From positions 62,001 through 126,000 of the forward strand of contig JABWCP010000004.1 in the NCBI GenBank assembly GCA_013360215.1: a stretch of 64,000 bases of DNA, in the 5' to 3' direction. Within the stretch, counting starts at the first letter, position 1. Each line of letters begins with the position of its first letter. This DNA is from a bacterium. GTDB lineage: Bacteria > CLD3 > SB21. Positions 51,187-61,234 of this stretch are shown piece after piece. The translations under genes and the position numbers were made by a program. A model generated the notes under the pieces. That model searched no databases. It was not told the origin of the DNA and saw only the letters and a program-made list of their open reading frames with translations.

Positions 51187-53103
51187 ATGGATGTTTTTGA
51201 TGTGGTAATAGTAGGTGGAGGGCATGCGGGTTATGAAGCGGCTTTTGCGGCATCTAGACTTGGATGTATTACACTCCTTCTTAGCATGGAAAAAATAAAA
51301 ATAGGAACTTTATCTTGTAACCCGGCAATTGGTGGCACGGCAAAAGGTCATTTAGTAAAAGAAATTGATTCACTTGGCGGTGAAATGGGGTTTATAACTG
51401 ATCAGGTAGGAATTCAGTTCAGAATGCTTAATAAATCTCGCGGCCCCGCCGTGTGGTCACCTAGAGCTCAAGTTGATCGAGCCGCTTATCCATTAAAAAC
51501 CCAAGAGCTTCTAGGTTTGAGAAAAAATGTATCCATTCGCGATGCAAATATTGTCGGTGTTGTAGTTGAGTCCAATCAAATAAAAGGTGTAGTTACTGAT
51601 ACTAATGAGCTTATTAAAGGTAAAACTGTAATACTTACTTGTGGTACCTTCTTAAATGGCATAATTCACATAGGACTAAAAAATGTTAGCGCAGGAAGAA
51701 TAGGAGAAAAACCATCACTTGGTATAACTGAGTCTTTAATTAGTTTGGGATTTGAAAGTTCTCGTTTAAAAACAGGAACTCCTCCAAGAATTCACAAAGA
51801 TAGTATTAACTTTTCAGTTTGCGAACCACAATATGGTGATAATCCACCAGAACCGTTTTCATATCGAACCGATAGCATAACCAATACTCAGATTCCTTGC
51901 CATCTTACTTATACCAACGAAAAAACTCATGATATTTTGAAATCAGGTTTTGATCAATCGCCAATGTTCACAGGTAGAATAAAAGGATTGGGACCAAGGT
52001 ATTGCCCATCTATAGAAGATAAAATCAATCGCTTTTCAGATAAAGAAAGGCATCAAATATTTTTAGAACCGGAAGGTTATGATTCCATAGAATACTATGT
52101 AAATGGATTTTCTACAAGTCTTCCTGAAGAAATTCAAATCAGCGCAATAAGATCTGTTACTGGCTTAGAAAACGCACATGTTTTAAGACCTGGTTACGCG
52201 GTTGAATATGATTTTTTTCCTCCGTATCAAATTAATTTAAATATGGAGACAAAATATGTAGAAGGCCTCTTTTTTGCGGGTCAGATCAATGGTACATCTG
52301 GATATGAGGAAGCAGCTGCTCAAGGAATGATGGCCGGAATAAATGCAGCTTTAAAAGTAAAACAAAAAGATCCTTTTATTTTACGTCGAAACGAAGCATA
52401 TATCGGCGTACTTATTGATGATCTTGTTAACAAAAGCACACTTGAACCGTACCGTATTTTTACTTCGCTAGCAGAGTATCGTTTACTCTTAAGGCAGGAT
52501 AATGCTGATATGCGCCTTATGGAAAAAGGAAACGCATTTGGCCTTATCGATGAACACCAAATGGAAAAGTTTATCAGAAAAAAAGATGCAATAAATCAAA
52601 TAGAAACTTGGATAGAAAAAACAAATTTGCAACCAAAAAAAATCAACCCTTTTTTAATAAAAAAGGGGTCCGCAATCTTAGAAGAACCGGAACCTTTAGT
52701 TAAAATATTAAAAAGACCGGAAGTAACTTTAACTGATTTATTAGATTGTGAAGAAGGAATTTTCGAACCAAATATTGTGAATTTATTAAAATATCGAGAC
52801 ACATTAAGGGAAGTTGATACATCAATAAAGTATGATGGTTATTTAAAAAGACAACAGGAGCAGGTTGATAGATTTTTGCGAATGGAGAACAAAAAAATAC
52901 CATCCAATTTTGATTACGATAAAATAACATCACTTTCGAAAGAAGCACGTGAAAAATTAAAAAAAGTTAAACCTGGCAACGTAGGGCAAGCGAGCCGGAT
53001 TTCCGGTGTTTCTCCAAGTGATATATCGCTATTATTAGTTTTTTTAGAAAGAGGCTCATTAGGAAAGAATATCCAAGATTCATTTAATGGTACACTAAAT
53101 TAA
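51187..53103 (+). CDS. mnmG: tRNA uridine 5-carboxymethylaminomethyl modification enzyme MnmG (GidA)
   Basis: VGGGHAG, SCNPAIGG, RLKTGTPPR, GPRYCPSIEDK, GQINGTSGYEEAAAQG. Confidence 0.98.
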   Translation: MDVFDVVIVGGGHAGYEAAFAASRLGCITLLLSMEKIKIGTLSCNPAIGGTAKGHLVKEIDSLGGEMGFITDQVGIQFRMLNKSRGPAVWSPRAQVDRAAYPLKTQELLGLRKNVSIRDANIVGVVVESNQIKGVVTDTNELIKGKTVILTCGTFLNGIIHIGLKNVSAGRIGEKPSLGITESLISLGFESSRLKTGTPPRIHKDSINFSVCEPQYGDNPPEPFSYRTDSITNTQIPCHLTYTNEKTHDILKSGFDQSPMFTGRIKGLGPRYCPSIEDKINRFSDKERHQIFLEPEGYDSIEYYVNGFSTSLPEEIQISAIRSVTGLENAHVLRPGYAVEYDFFPPYQINLNMETKYVEGLFFAGQINGTSGYEEAAAQGMMAGINAALKVKQKDPFILRRNEAYIGVLIDDLVNKSTLEPYRIFTSLAEYRLLLRQDNADMRLMEKGNAFGLIDEHQMEKFIRKKDAINQIETWIEKTNLQPKKINPFLIKKGSAILEEPEPLVKILKRPEVTLTDLLDCEEGIFEPNIVNLLKYRDTLREVDTSIKYDGYLKRQQEQVDRFLRMENKKIPSNFDYDKITSLSKEAREKLKKVKPGNVGQASRISGVSPSDISLLLVFLERGSLGKNIQDSFNGTLN

Positions 53104-53106
53104 TAT

Positions 53107-53790
53107 ATGCAAAACAAACAAATAAATTGGGATGTTTTTTTTCAAATATTTGAAAATAATATACTTAGCTTAAACAGCGTTCAGAAAAATCAATTTTTTT
53201 CTTTTTATGATTTTCTTCTGGATTGGAATAAAAAAATTAATCTCATCGGCCGTCAAGAAGAGGGTATCATTTCTCGTCATTTTCTTAATTCTGCATTAAT
53301 TGCTTTTTTTGTTAAATTTAAAAAAGAACAGAAAGTAATAGATATCGGCAGTGGCGGAGGTTTTCCTGCAATTATTTTAAATATTATTTTTTCTGAAACA
53401 CAATTCACTCTGGTCGAATCAATTAAAAAAAAATGTGATTTTCTTCAAGAAGCCGCAAAGTTTGTCGGACTTAAAAATTTATTGGTAATAAATGAACGGG
53501 CTGAAAAAATTGCGAAAACAAAATCTTTTTCATCTCAGTATGAATTCGTAACCGCACGTGCAGTTTCAGCTTTAGATGAACTTATTCCTTTGACGAGTCC
53601 GTTTTTAAAAAACGAGGGTAGGATGCTTTTTTTAAAGGGAAGGCAGGTAGATATAGAAGTCGAATCGGTTAAAAAATCAAATTGGCCTGATAAATACTCA
53701 ATGACGATTCATCGCTTTCAAAACATCCCTTTTATTCCTAGTGATCAAGAAAGCGCTTTAGTTGACATAAAATTTTTTCTTGATAGGTAG
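53107..53790 (+). CDS. rsmG: 16S rRNA m7G527 methyltransferase RsmG (GidB)
   Basis: WNKKINL, RHF, DIGSGGGFP, VTARAV, LKG; directly after mnmG. Confidence 0.94.
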   Translation: MQNKQINWDVFFQIFENNILSLNSVQKNQFFSFYDFLLDWNKKINLIGRQEEGIISRHFLNSALIAFFVKFKKEQKVIDIGSGGGFPAIILNIIFSETQFTLVESIKKKCDFLQEAAKFVGLKNLLVINERAEKIAKTKSFSSQYEFVTARAVSALDELIPLTSPFLKNEGRMLFLKGRQVDIEVESVKKSNWPDKYSMTIHRFQNIPFIPSDQESALVDIKFFLDR

Positions 53791-53948
53791 TTCATTTTTT
53801 TTTAAGTTATTAAATTATAATCCAACCGAGGGAGATCATCCGAGAGGCCTTTTTTACTACGAATTGATTTCAACTTAAGACGAACTTTCCGAATAAGGCT
53901 TTGATTGTGCGATTGTTGATTCATCAATATGATCTGCAGGTGGGTGGA

Positions 53949-56900
53949 TTGTTTCTCCATATTAATTTAAAAAAACTTCTCGTAGTTTCATTTCTATTTT
54001 ACTTATTCAATCCGATTAAATCTTTTTCTCAGGATTTGGATAGTATTTCCCCTTCACTCCAATCGGCGGATTCAATTCTGTTTTTCATCCAAGAAAAAGA
54101 AGTTGATAAAAAAATCAATAGAACTCTTACTTCTTACGATGGCAAACAAGACTCTGTTTGGAATGATCCCAATGTTATAAAAGCTTTTGAAGACGAATTA
54201 ATGGGTTTGATGTCAGAAATTGATGCCAATCTTTCAATAACCGGTCAACTTGATCTGGTGATAAATCAAGCAATCGAAAATGAGGCAAAAAAAAATAAAG
54301 ACTCTAGGTCAACGCGATCGTTATTTTCTTTATACCCCTTTCAATATTATAACACGATTTCTGTAGACCCCAATCAAAATTACTTTTTAATACGTGGTGG
54401 TTCCTTAGATTTTTCACAAACACAAAAACTATTACCGGGTTATAAAGTAACGGCAAAATTGGATTCATCGGGCAATTATGTTTTTGCTGATGAATTTGGC
54501 CAAACAACAAAGAAACAACGGCTCAAAGAAACAACCGTAATAAAACAGGAATCTTATATATCAAATTCGTTTGTTTATCAGATTAGAAGTGTTTTTACTA
54601 AAACTGTGGTTACTGGTATTGCTTCAAAAGAAGAACGTCAATCCGGGGCCGTAAGACTCTTTAGTGCCAGCGTTACAACCAACGAAACCTTTCAAAAAAT
54701 ATTTGGTGGTGATGAAGTCACTGTAGACGCGACAGGCAATATTAATCTGAATGTTTCCGGAGCCAGCGAAAAATCTTCTAACCAAAGTACATCTACCGGA
54801 AAAAGTTCTCAATTCATACCAAAATTTGAACAACAACAAAAATTCAACTTACGCGGTACAATAGGAAAAAAAGTTGAGATTTTATTTGATCAAGATAGTG
54901 AGCGTGAGTTTAGTTTTGAGAATAATATAAAAATCACTTATACGGGTTTTGATGATGAAATTTTACAAAAATTAGAAGCTGGCAATATTGATCTAAGCTT
55001 ACCAGGAACACAATACGTAACACAGGGTGGCCAGAACAAGGGACTCTTTGGTGTAAAATCAATCTTTAAGTTTGGCGATCTTACACTTACATCTATCGCA
55101 AGTATACAAAACGGAGAAAAGAAAGTAATTGAAATCAATCCGGGTTCAGGCAATAATTCGGCATCAATAAAGAAAATAGCCGCTAAAGATTACGAAAGAG
55201 GAAAGTTTTTCTTTTTAGACAGACGATATTTTAATCGTTATGAAATATATGATCCTCAAAACGGCCGTAAGCACACTTATGATCCTGCGAACGAAATTGT
55301 AAATATAAGACTTTTCCGCAAAAGCGAGGGCAATGATAGAAACCCTGAAAAAAGGATAGGGGTTGTAACTTATAACAATTCCACTTTGACAAATCCAAAT
55401 CTGCACAACATGACGGTTTCTCAAATAACTGCTTTGGATTCTGCAAATGCGGCCACTATGATTTTTTTAGAAGTTCCTAAAGAACAGTTTTCTTGTAATT
55501 TCCAGCTAGGAATAATAACTCTCAGTACCAAACTCATTGACGGTGAGGCATTAGCAGTTTATTATGAAACACCACAACAGGTATTCGGAGATGTTTCTTC
55601 TGACACTTTGAAATTAAAACTATTATGGAAACCTACCCCTCTTCCTACAGATTCAACTTGGGATTTAGAATTAAAAAATATTTACGCTTTTGACGGCATA
55701 ACCGGTCTGAGTGCCGAAGAAGGAGAAAGTGTAAAAATAAAATTTAAACCCTCATCAAATAATGACATAACAAGTTTTCCAAATATTAGCGGTAAAGATC
55801 GGGGATTACTTGATATACTTCACGTAGATGAAACCAACCAAAGTGGTAAATCAAATGATCCAGATCAAATAATTGATATAGCTTCTTCGGATTTGGCTGG
55901 ATATGGTTTAGACTACAACAATGGTTGGATTATTTTCCCACGTTTAAGACCTTTTGATCCTCCCTCAACACCGCTTCCCGGTTTTCGAGACGAGGTTTTT
56001 CCGGCTTCAAATAACGATCCCAATCTCGGTGAAGTACGAATACCTATTATATACAATGAAGCAAGGTCGTCTGATAAATTTAAACAATTTAACGATCGTT
56101 ATTCGATAGAAATAGAAAGTAAAAAAAGCAACTCTGCAAAAACCAATTTAGGTATTAATGTTTTAGAAGGTAGTGAAGTTGTACGGCTAGATGGTGATGT
56201 TTTGGAAAAAAATATTGGATACACTATTGACTATACTTCCGGTGATTTGATTCTAATTGATCCACGCGCCACTCTTCCGACTGCTAACATTAAGATCGAA
56301 TACGAACAAGCACAACTATTTCAAGTTGATAAAAAATCTATTTTTGGTACACGTGCAGAATATAATTTGTCTAATTACGGATTAGGCTCCAATTCATTTA
56401 TTGGAACAACGGCGCTTTTTCATAGTCAATCTACAGTAAACAAACGTGTTCAAATCAATGAAGAGCCGTTTAATAATTTTGTATGGGATATAAATACAAA
56501 TATCGAATTAGAAGCTAATTATCTAACAAAATTCATTAACTATATTCCTTTTGTTTCCTCCAATCAGAATTCTAAAATCAATTTTGCGGCTGAATACGCA
56601 AAACTACTTCCTACTCCAAATACGAGTAATGGGTTGATGGAAAATGATGAAAATGGAGTTGCGTATATAGATGATTTTGAAGCAATAAAAAGAACCTATC
56701 CTATGGGTTCAAATAGAAAATCCTGGACTCTTGCCAGCAAACCTATTGAGAAAAACGCTTCCAAGCGTCGAAAATTAATCTGGTATCAAAATGAAATTTC
56801 AAGAAGCAAAATATCTAATATTAAAACCAACAATACAGATAGAGCGACCGTATTAACTCTAACCTTACAAAATAAAATAAGTGATGAGGCCCCAACGGAC

Positions 56901-59900
56901 GGCGTATGGGGTGGAGTAATGCGTGGTTTTTCTTTGTCTTCGGCGGGAGAACTTGGATTGAGTCGTTTTATCGAATTTTGGATAAAAAATAATACTCCAG
57001 AGGGTAAACACGCTAAAATAAATATCGAGATTGGTGAAATTTCTGAGGATCAAAACGGAAACGGGGGAGCTCCTAATCGAGAAGTCAAATCAGCTTTGCA
57101 GCCTGTAATTGAAAAAAATCAAGATATAGGGCTTGATGATCTAAGTGATGCCGGCGAAGACAGTCTTTTATCAAAACTAGGTATTACCAAGTCTCACTAT
57201 GGAAACCTGAGTTTGTCGCAAAAAGCAATTATTGACAGTTTACAAATAATTTTCCCTTGGGGAACAATCGCTTTGGATCCTGATGATCCATTTGGTGATA
57301 ATTGGAATAATGAACAAGCACGTTTTGGAAACAAAGATATCCAAAACGCCGAAGCCAATCGGGACATAAGAAATATCAAAGTAAATGGCTACGAAAATAA
57401 TACTTTTCCTATTACAGATGGTGGTTTAAGAATAGGTGATACTGAAGATATCAATAACAACGGTGTTATTGACATACAAAACGTTTATGCTCGGTACAGT
57501 GTAACAACAGATACACATAGTTTGGATAAAGATATAATAGTTGGGCGCGGAGAAGATGGTTGGATGCTCTATCGGTTACCGATTTTACGACCGGACACAA
57601 TTATCAATTCAAATTCAATCGACCTTGTGCTTCCAAAAATAACTTCAGCAAGAATTTGGATTTCTTCTGAAGATCCGGAATCTGAAATAATAAGCGTACA
57701 ATTATCAGAAATACAATTTATCAATAGCGAATGGAAATTACCCATAGAGGTGCCCAACGGAGTATTACTCAATCCCAATGGAAAAATTCCGTCAAATAGC
57801 GAAAACAGTAAAATAGTAGAAATTTCCTCTATTAGTACTGATGAAGGTGGTGGTTATACAAGACCTAGCGGGGTAAAAAGAGAAAAACCAATTGATCAAA
57901 ATGGGAATAATGCTCAAAGAGAGGTAAAAGAACAATCACTGCTTCTTCGTCTTAACGAATTACCCGTTAACTCAAAAGCTATAATTAGCAAATCCAACTC
58001 TCAAAGAGATTTTCGAAACTATGGACGAATTAAAATGTTTGTTCACGGGGATAGGGGCGGTTCAATACCTTTACCGATTTCAAGTGAAAGTAGTGATAGT
58101 CCGCTAAAATATTTTATCCGCTTTGCAGATCGATACAATAGTTATTATGAAATTGAGCAGCCTATATTTGCCGGATGGTCAGAAGATAAAAACTCACTCG
58201 ATATTGATATAAGAGAAAACCTTACTTCCTTAAAATTTCAAAGAACTGGTAATGACACTCTCTCAGAGTATAACATCGGAAACAACAAAATTATTCGAAT
58301 CAAAGGTAACCCTTCATTAGACAATGTTCAGTTTATTTATATTGGCGTACATAACACTTCTTTGCTAAATGCCTATACCGGTGAAATATGGTTTAATGAA
58401 CTTCGTGTAACAGATGCCGATGATAAATCCGGAGAAGCCGTCATGGCACGCTTATCATTAAATGTGGGAGATATGCTGACTCTCAGTGGAAGTACGGAGT
58501 ATCGTTCTGCTGATTTTCGAACCGTGGAACAACGTTTTAACCCATCTGGCGGAAACCAAAAATCTTGGAGTATCAGTGGGAACCTAAATCTTCATAAATT
58601 TCATATTGAAAGGTGGGGTATTTCTCTCCCTTTGAGCTTTAATGCAAATCACAGCACATCTGATCCTAAGTTTCTACCTAATAACGATATTTTGGTTACC
58701 GATGCTAAAGAAGCCAACAATGAAAAAATCAGAACATTACGATTGCGAAACGAAGAAATCAGAGATAGTCTTAAAGCTTGGAGATTGTCGGCCTCGTTGG
58801 ATTCTAGCTTATTTCGTGACAGTTTATTAAACGACAGTCTTTTACAAATAGCTTTAAATTTTAAAAACATGATAAAGTCGGAATCATTTTCACGAGGTTT
58901 TTCTTTAAATTTTTCTAAAGCTAAAAACGAAAATGACTTTTGGCTCTTGCGATGGACAATCAACAACGTAACCTCTAACTTCAACTGGAGTGAAACCGAA
59001 ACGAATACTCCGACGTCACCACAGAGCATTTCTAGAAACTGGTCGAGTAATACTGCATACAATATTTCTTTCGCAAGAAAATCATATAAACCTCTCAGTT
59101 GGCTCCCCTTAACCAAAACACCGTTTATTGGTGTTGTTTTTAAAAATATAAGCGAGACGGATTTAAATTATAAATTCATTACTTCAGCAAACACCGATTT
59201 CCAGATTAGCTCAACTTATCGTTCAGAAACAATAAGAGACGCATACAATAACCCAATAAAAAAACCTGTTAATACCACATTAACCGGATCGCGAGGATAT
59301 GGACTGAGTGTAAGCCCTTGGCAATCATTGACATCCTCAATGAATGTTAAATATAATATGGATTTACAGGGTCTTTCCTATGGTCAAATACTTAAAGGAG
59401 TCGGGCGCGGGCTGAACCCTTTTGACGGTTTTAGTGATTTTCGCTTTGATTCGCCGTTGGATACGATTCGTGGTATAAATGATTCTCTTATTTTTAATAG
59501 AGATTTTTCCTCAACCAATACATTTGTGATATCTTATAGTCCTCAAAGTTTTACATGGCTCACTCATACTATCAATTATAACGCCGCTACCGGCAGCAGT
59601 CGTAATAGAGCAGCTAACTCACAACTCAACAAAAGCGCAACGATACAAAGATCTGTCCAGATTTCTTCCAGCTTCAGTTTGAAATCTTTTATCGGAAGCG
59701 TTAAAGAGCCGTTCAAAAATATCGATACAAGACAACCATTATCCGCTGCAGAGGATTCGCGAAAAAATAGACGTGATCGTTTCAAAAATCCAGGAAGTGA
59801 TAATTCGGCTAAATCATCTGACAAGGACTCCGGTAATGTAATCACTAAAGGTTCTTCATTTTTTAAAACCGCATCTCTTCGTGCCGGATCAACGTTTGAG

Positions 59901-61025
59901 AAAATACTTTTGATGATAAATGACACCCGTTTTAATATAGATTTTAAAAATTCTGTTAACCTTGGTGCTTTAGAAAATCAATTAGACCCTGCGGCAAAAT
60001 GGTTCGGATATATGAGTACCGATAATAGCGGTATGTTAGATCATATTTTTACATGGGATTTAGAACCTATTAACCAATATAGAACACCTGTGGATTCTGT
60101 TCTTAAACAACAAGTAAAGAGTTTAACTACAAACTCGAAATCTATTAACTATGGTTTCATGTATGGTTTTAATTTTGGGCCATTTACACTCGACATTAAG
60201 TATGATCGTTCGGAAACTCGAAGCATTTCTACAATTAACACGCAAGAAATTAGTATCAGACGTTCTTCATTGTTCCCATATCTTAAATTTGTTCCTTTTC
60301 CTTTTTATGAAATGACATTACGCGCATCCAATGTTGGTCGGTGGCCTATATTTAATTTATTGGCCGGAGCAACACGTAATATAAACTTTAGCATAGGCTA
60401 TTTATCAAACGAAAATATAACTCTTAATGAAATCAGGTCGCGTGTGGATGGAATTATCTTTTATAATAACGACGGTTCCGTTGACTCCAATAGGACTATA
60501 CAAAATATCGGCGGGCGCCGAATGCAAACGTCATTTATGGAAAAATCAATAACATTTCCGCAGATAACTTTTGATATTTCATGGAAAGGTAATGTGACTC
60601 AAACCATTTCTTTTTCAAAATCAAACACAGAAAAAATAAATCGGGGCAACACAAAAACAAACGATAATACAATGAATATCTTATCTAATATTTCTTATTC
60701 AAAACGCGGTGGTTTTCGTATTCCTATTTGGTTTTTAAAGAAAAAACAACTTGATAATGAAGTGCGAATGTCTTCACAATTTACATTTAGAAAAACCCAA
60801 AGCTTTTCTCAATCAAACACACGCACGAATGATGGTTTTAGACAGCCAAAGCAAAAAACATCTGAGACGACATATTGGTCGGTAGAACCAAGGATAGACT
60901 ATTCATTTACCCGTTGGGTAACAGGTGGAACTTTTTATAGATATGAATATAACAAAAGCCTAACATTAGGAAAAACAACACGCATTTTGTTTGGATTAAA
61001 TGTTAATATCACGATCGGAGCTTAA
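53949..61025 (+). CDS. sprA: SprA/Sov-like giant outer-membrane beta-barrel (type IX secretion translocon family)
   Basis: About 2360 aa; signal peptide; GTIGKKV..DQDSEREF.FEN.IKI.YTG.DDEILQKLEAGNI.LSL; AYIDDFE; EIWFNELRV; terminal beta-strand; likely TTG start after AGGTGG. Confidence 0.85.
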   Translation: MFLHINLKKLLVVSFLFYLFNPIKSFSQDLDSISPSLQSADSILFFIQEKEVDKKINRTLTSYDGKQDSVWNDPNVIKAFEDELMGLMSEIDANLSITGQLDLVINQAIENEAKKNKDSRSTRSLFSLYPFQYYNTISVDPNQNYFLIRGGSLDFSQTQKLLPGYKVTAKLDSSGNYVFADEFGQTTKKQRLKETTVIKQESYISNSFVYQIRSVFTKTVVTGIASKEERQSGAVRLFSASVTTNETFQKIFGGDEVTVDATGNINLNVSGASEKSSNQSTSTGKSSQFIPKFEQQQKFNLRGTIGKKVEILFDQDSEREFSFENNIKITYTGFDDEILQKLEAGNIDLSLPGTQYVTQGGQNKGLFGVKSIFKFGDLTLTSIASIQNGEKKVIEINPGSGNNSASIKKIAAKDYERGKFFFLDRRYFNRYEIYDPQNGRKHTYDPANEIVNIRLFRKSEGNDRNPEKRIGVVTYNNSTLTNPNLHNMTVSQITALDSANAATMIFLEVPKEQFSCNFQLGIITLSTKLIDGEALAVYYETPQQVFGDVSSDTLKLKLLWKPTPLPTDSTWDLELKNIYAFDGITGLSAEEGESVKIKFKPSSNNDITSFPNISGKDRGLLDILHVDETNQSGKSNDPDQIIDIASSDLAGYGLDYNNGWIIFPRLRPFDPPSTPLPGFRDEVFPASNNDPNLGEVRIPIIYNEARSSDKFKQFNDRYSIEIESKKSNSAKTNLGINVLEGSEVVRLDGDVLEKNIGYTIDYTSGDLILIDPRATLPTANIKIEYEQAQLFQVDKKSIFGTRAEYNLSNYGLGSNSFIGTTALFHSQSTVNKRVQINEEPFNNFVWDINTNIELEANYLTKFINYIPFVSSNQNSKINFAAEYAKLLPTPNTSNGLMENDENGVAYIDDFEAIKRTYPMGSNRKSWTLASKPIEKNASKRRKLIWYQNEISRSKISNIKTNNTDRATVLTLTLQNKISDEAPTDGVWGGVMRGFSLSSAGELGLSRFIEFWIKNNTPEGKHAKINIEIGEISEDQNGNGGAPNREVKSALQPVIEKNQDIGLDDLSDAGEDSLLSKLGITKSHYGNLSLSQKAIIDSLQIIFPWGTIALDPDDPFGDNWNNEQARFGNKDIQNAEANRDIRNIKVNGYENNTFPITDGGLRIGDTEDINNNGVIDIQNVYARYSVTTDTHSLDKDIIVGRGEDGWMLYRLPILRPDTIINSNSIDLVLPKITSARIWISSEDPESEIISVQLSEIQFINSEWKLPIEVPNGVLLNPNGKIPSNSENSKIVEISSISTDEGGGYTRPSGVKREKPIDQNGNNAQREVKEQSLLLRLNELPVNSKAIISKSNSQRDFRNYGRIKMFVHGDRGGSIPLPISSESSDSPLKYFIRFADRYNSYYEIEQPIFAGWSEDKNSLDIDIRENLTSLKFQRTGNDTLSEYNIGNNKIIRIKGNPSLDNVQFIYIGVHNTSLLNAYTGEIWFNELRVTDADDKSGEAVMARLSLNVGDMLTLSGSTEYRSADFRTVEQRFNPSGGNQKSWSISGNLNLHKFHIERWGISLPLSFNANHSTSDPKFLPNNDILVTDAKEANNEKIRTLRLRNEEIRDSLKAWRLSASLDSSLFRDSLLNDSLLQIALNFKNMIKSESFSRGFSLNFSKAKNENDFWLLRWTINNVTSNFNWSETETNTPTSPQSISRNWSSNTAYNISFARKSYKPLSWLPLTKTPFIGVVFKNISETDLNYKFITSANTDFQISSTYRSETIRDAYNNPIKKPVNTTLTGSRGYGLSVSPWQSLTSSMNVKYNMDLQGLSYGQILKGVGRGLNPFDGFSDFRFDSPLDTIRGINDSLIFNRDFSSTNTFVISYSPQSFTWLTHTINYNAATGSSRNRAANSQLNKSATIQRSVQISSSFSLKSFIGSVKEPFKNIDTRQPLSAAEDSRKNRRDRFKNPGSDNSAKSSDKDSGNVITKGSSFFKTASLRAGSTFEKILLMINDTRFNIDFKNSVNLGALENQLDPAAKWFGYMSTDNSGMLDHIFTWDLEPINQYRTPVDSVLKQQVKSLTTNSKSINYGFMYGFNFGPFTLDIKYDRSETRSISTINTQEISIRRSSLFPYLKFVPFPFYEMTLRASNVGRWPIFNLLAGATRNINFSIGYLSNENITLNEIRSRVDGIIFYNNDGSVDSNRTIQNIGGRRMQTSFMEKSITFPQITFDISWKGNVTQTISFSKSNTEKINRGNTKTNDNTMNILSNISYSKRGGFRIPIWFLKKKQLDNEVRMSSQFTFRKTQSFSQSNTRTNDGFRQPKQKTSETTYWSVEPRIDYSFTRWVTGGTFYRYEYNKSLTLGKTTRILFGLNVNITIGA

Positions 61026-61043
61026 AAATTAATGTAAAAACAA

Positions 61044-61215
61044 TGTTGATATAAGTAATATGTTATCAACAATTTATACCTATTAACATAATATTGCTAC
61101 TTACTAATAAACCAATAACATTTTATATAACATAAACCTTTAAAATACAGACCCATTAAAAATTCTTCACATATTAACAAATCTATACTACTACTACTAC
61201 TATATATAATAAATA
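61044..61215. other. Candidate oriC unwinding element (DnaA boxes, DnaA-trios, AT-rich tract)
   Basis: TGTTGATAT, TTATCAACA, CTATTAACA, overlapping TTCTTCACA/ATATTAACA, then (CTA)5 at 61188-61202 and TATATAATAAATAA. Confidence 0.7.
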
Positions 61216-61234
61216 AGAATAATAGAGGTATATA

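Noticed and set aside
53820-53900. Glycine riboswitch-like words (GGAGA, CCGA) upstream of sprA
   Set aside because: The CTCTCAGG core and expected stems are absent
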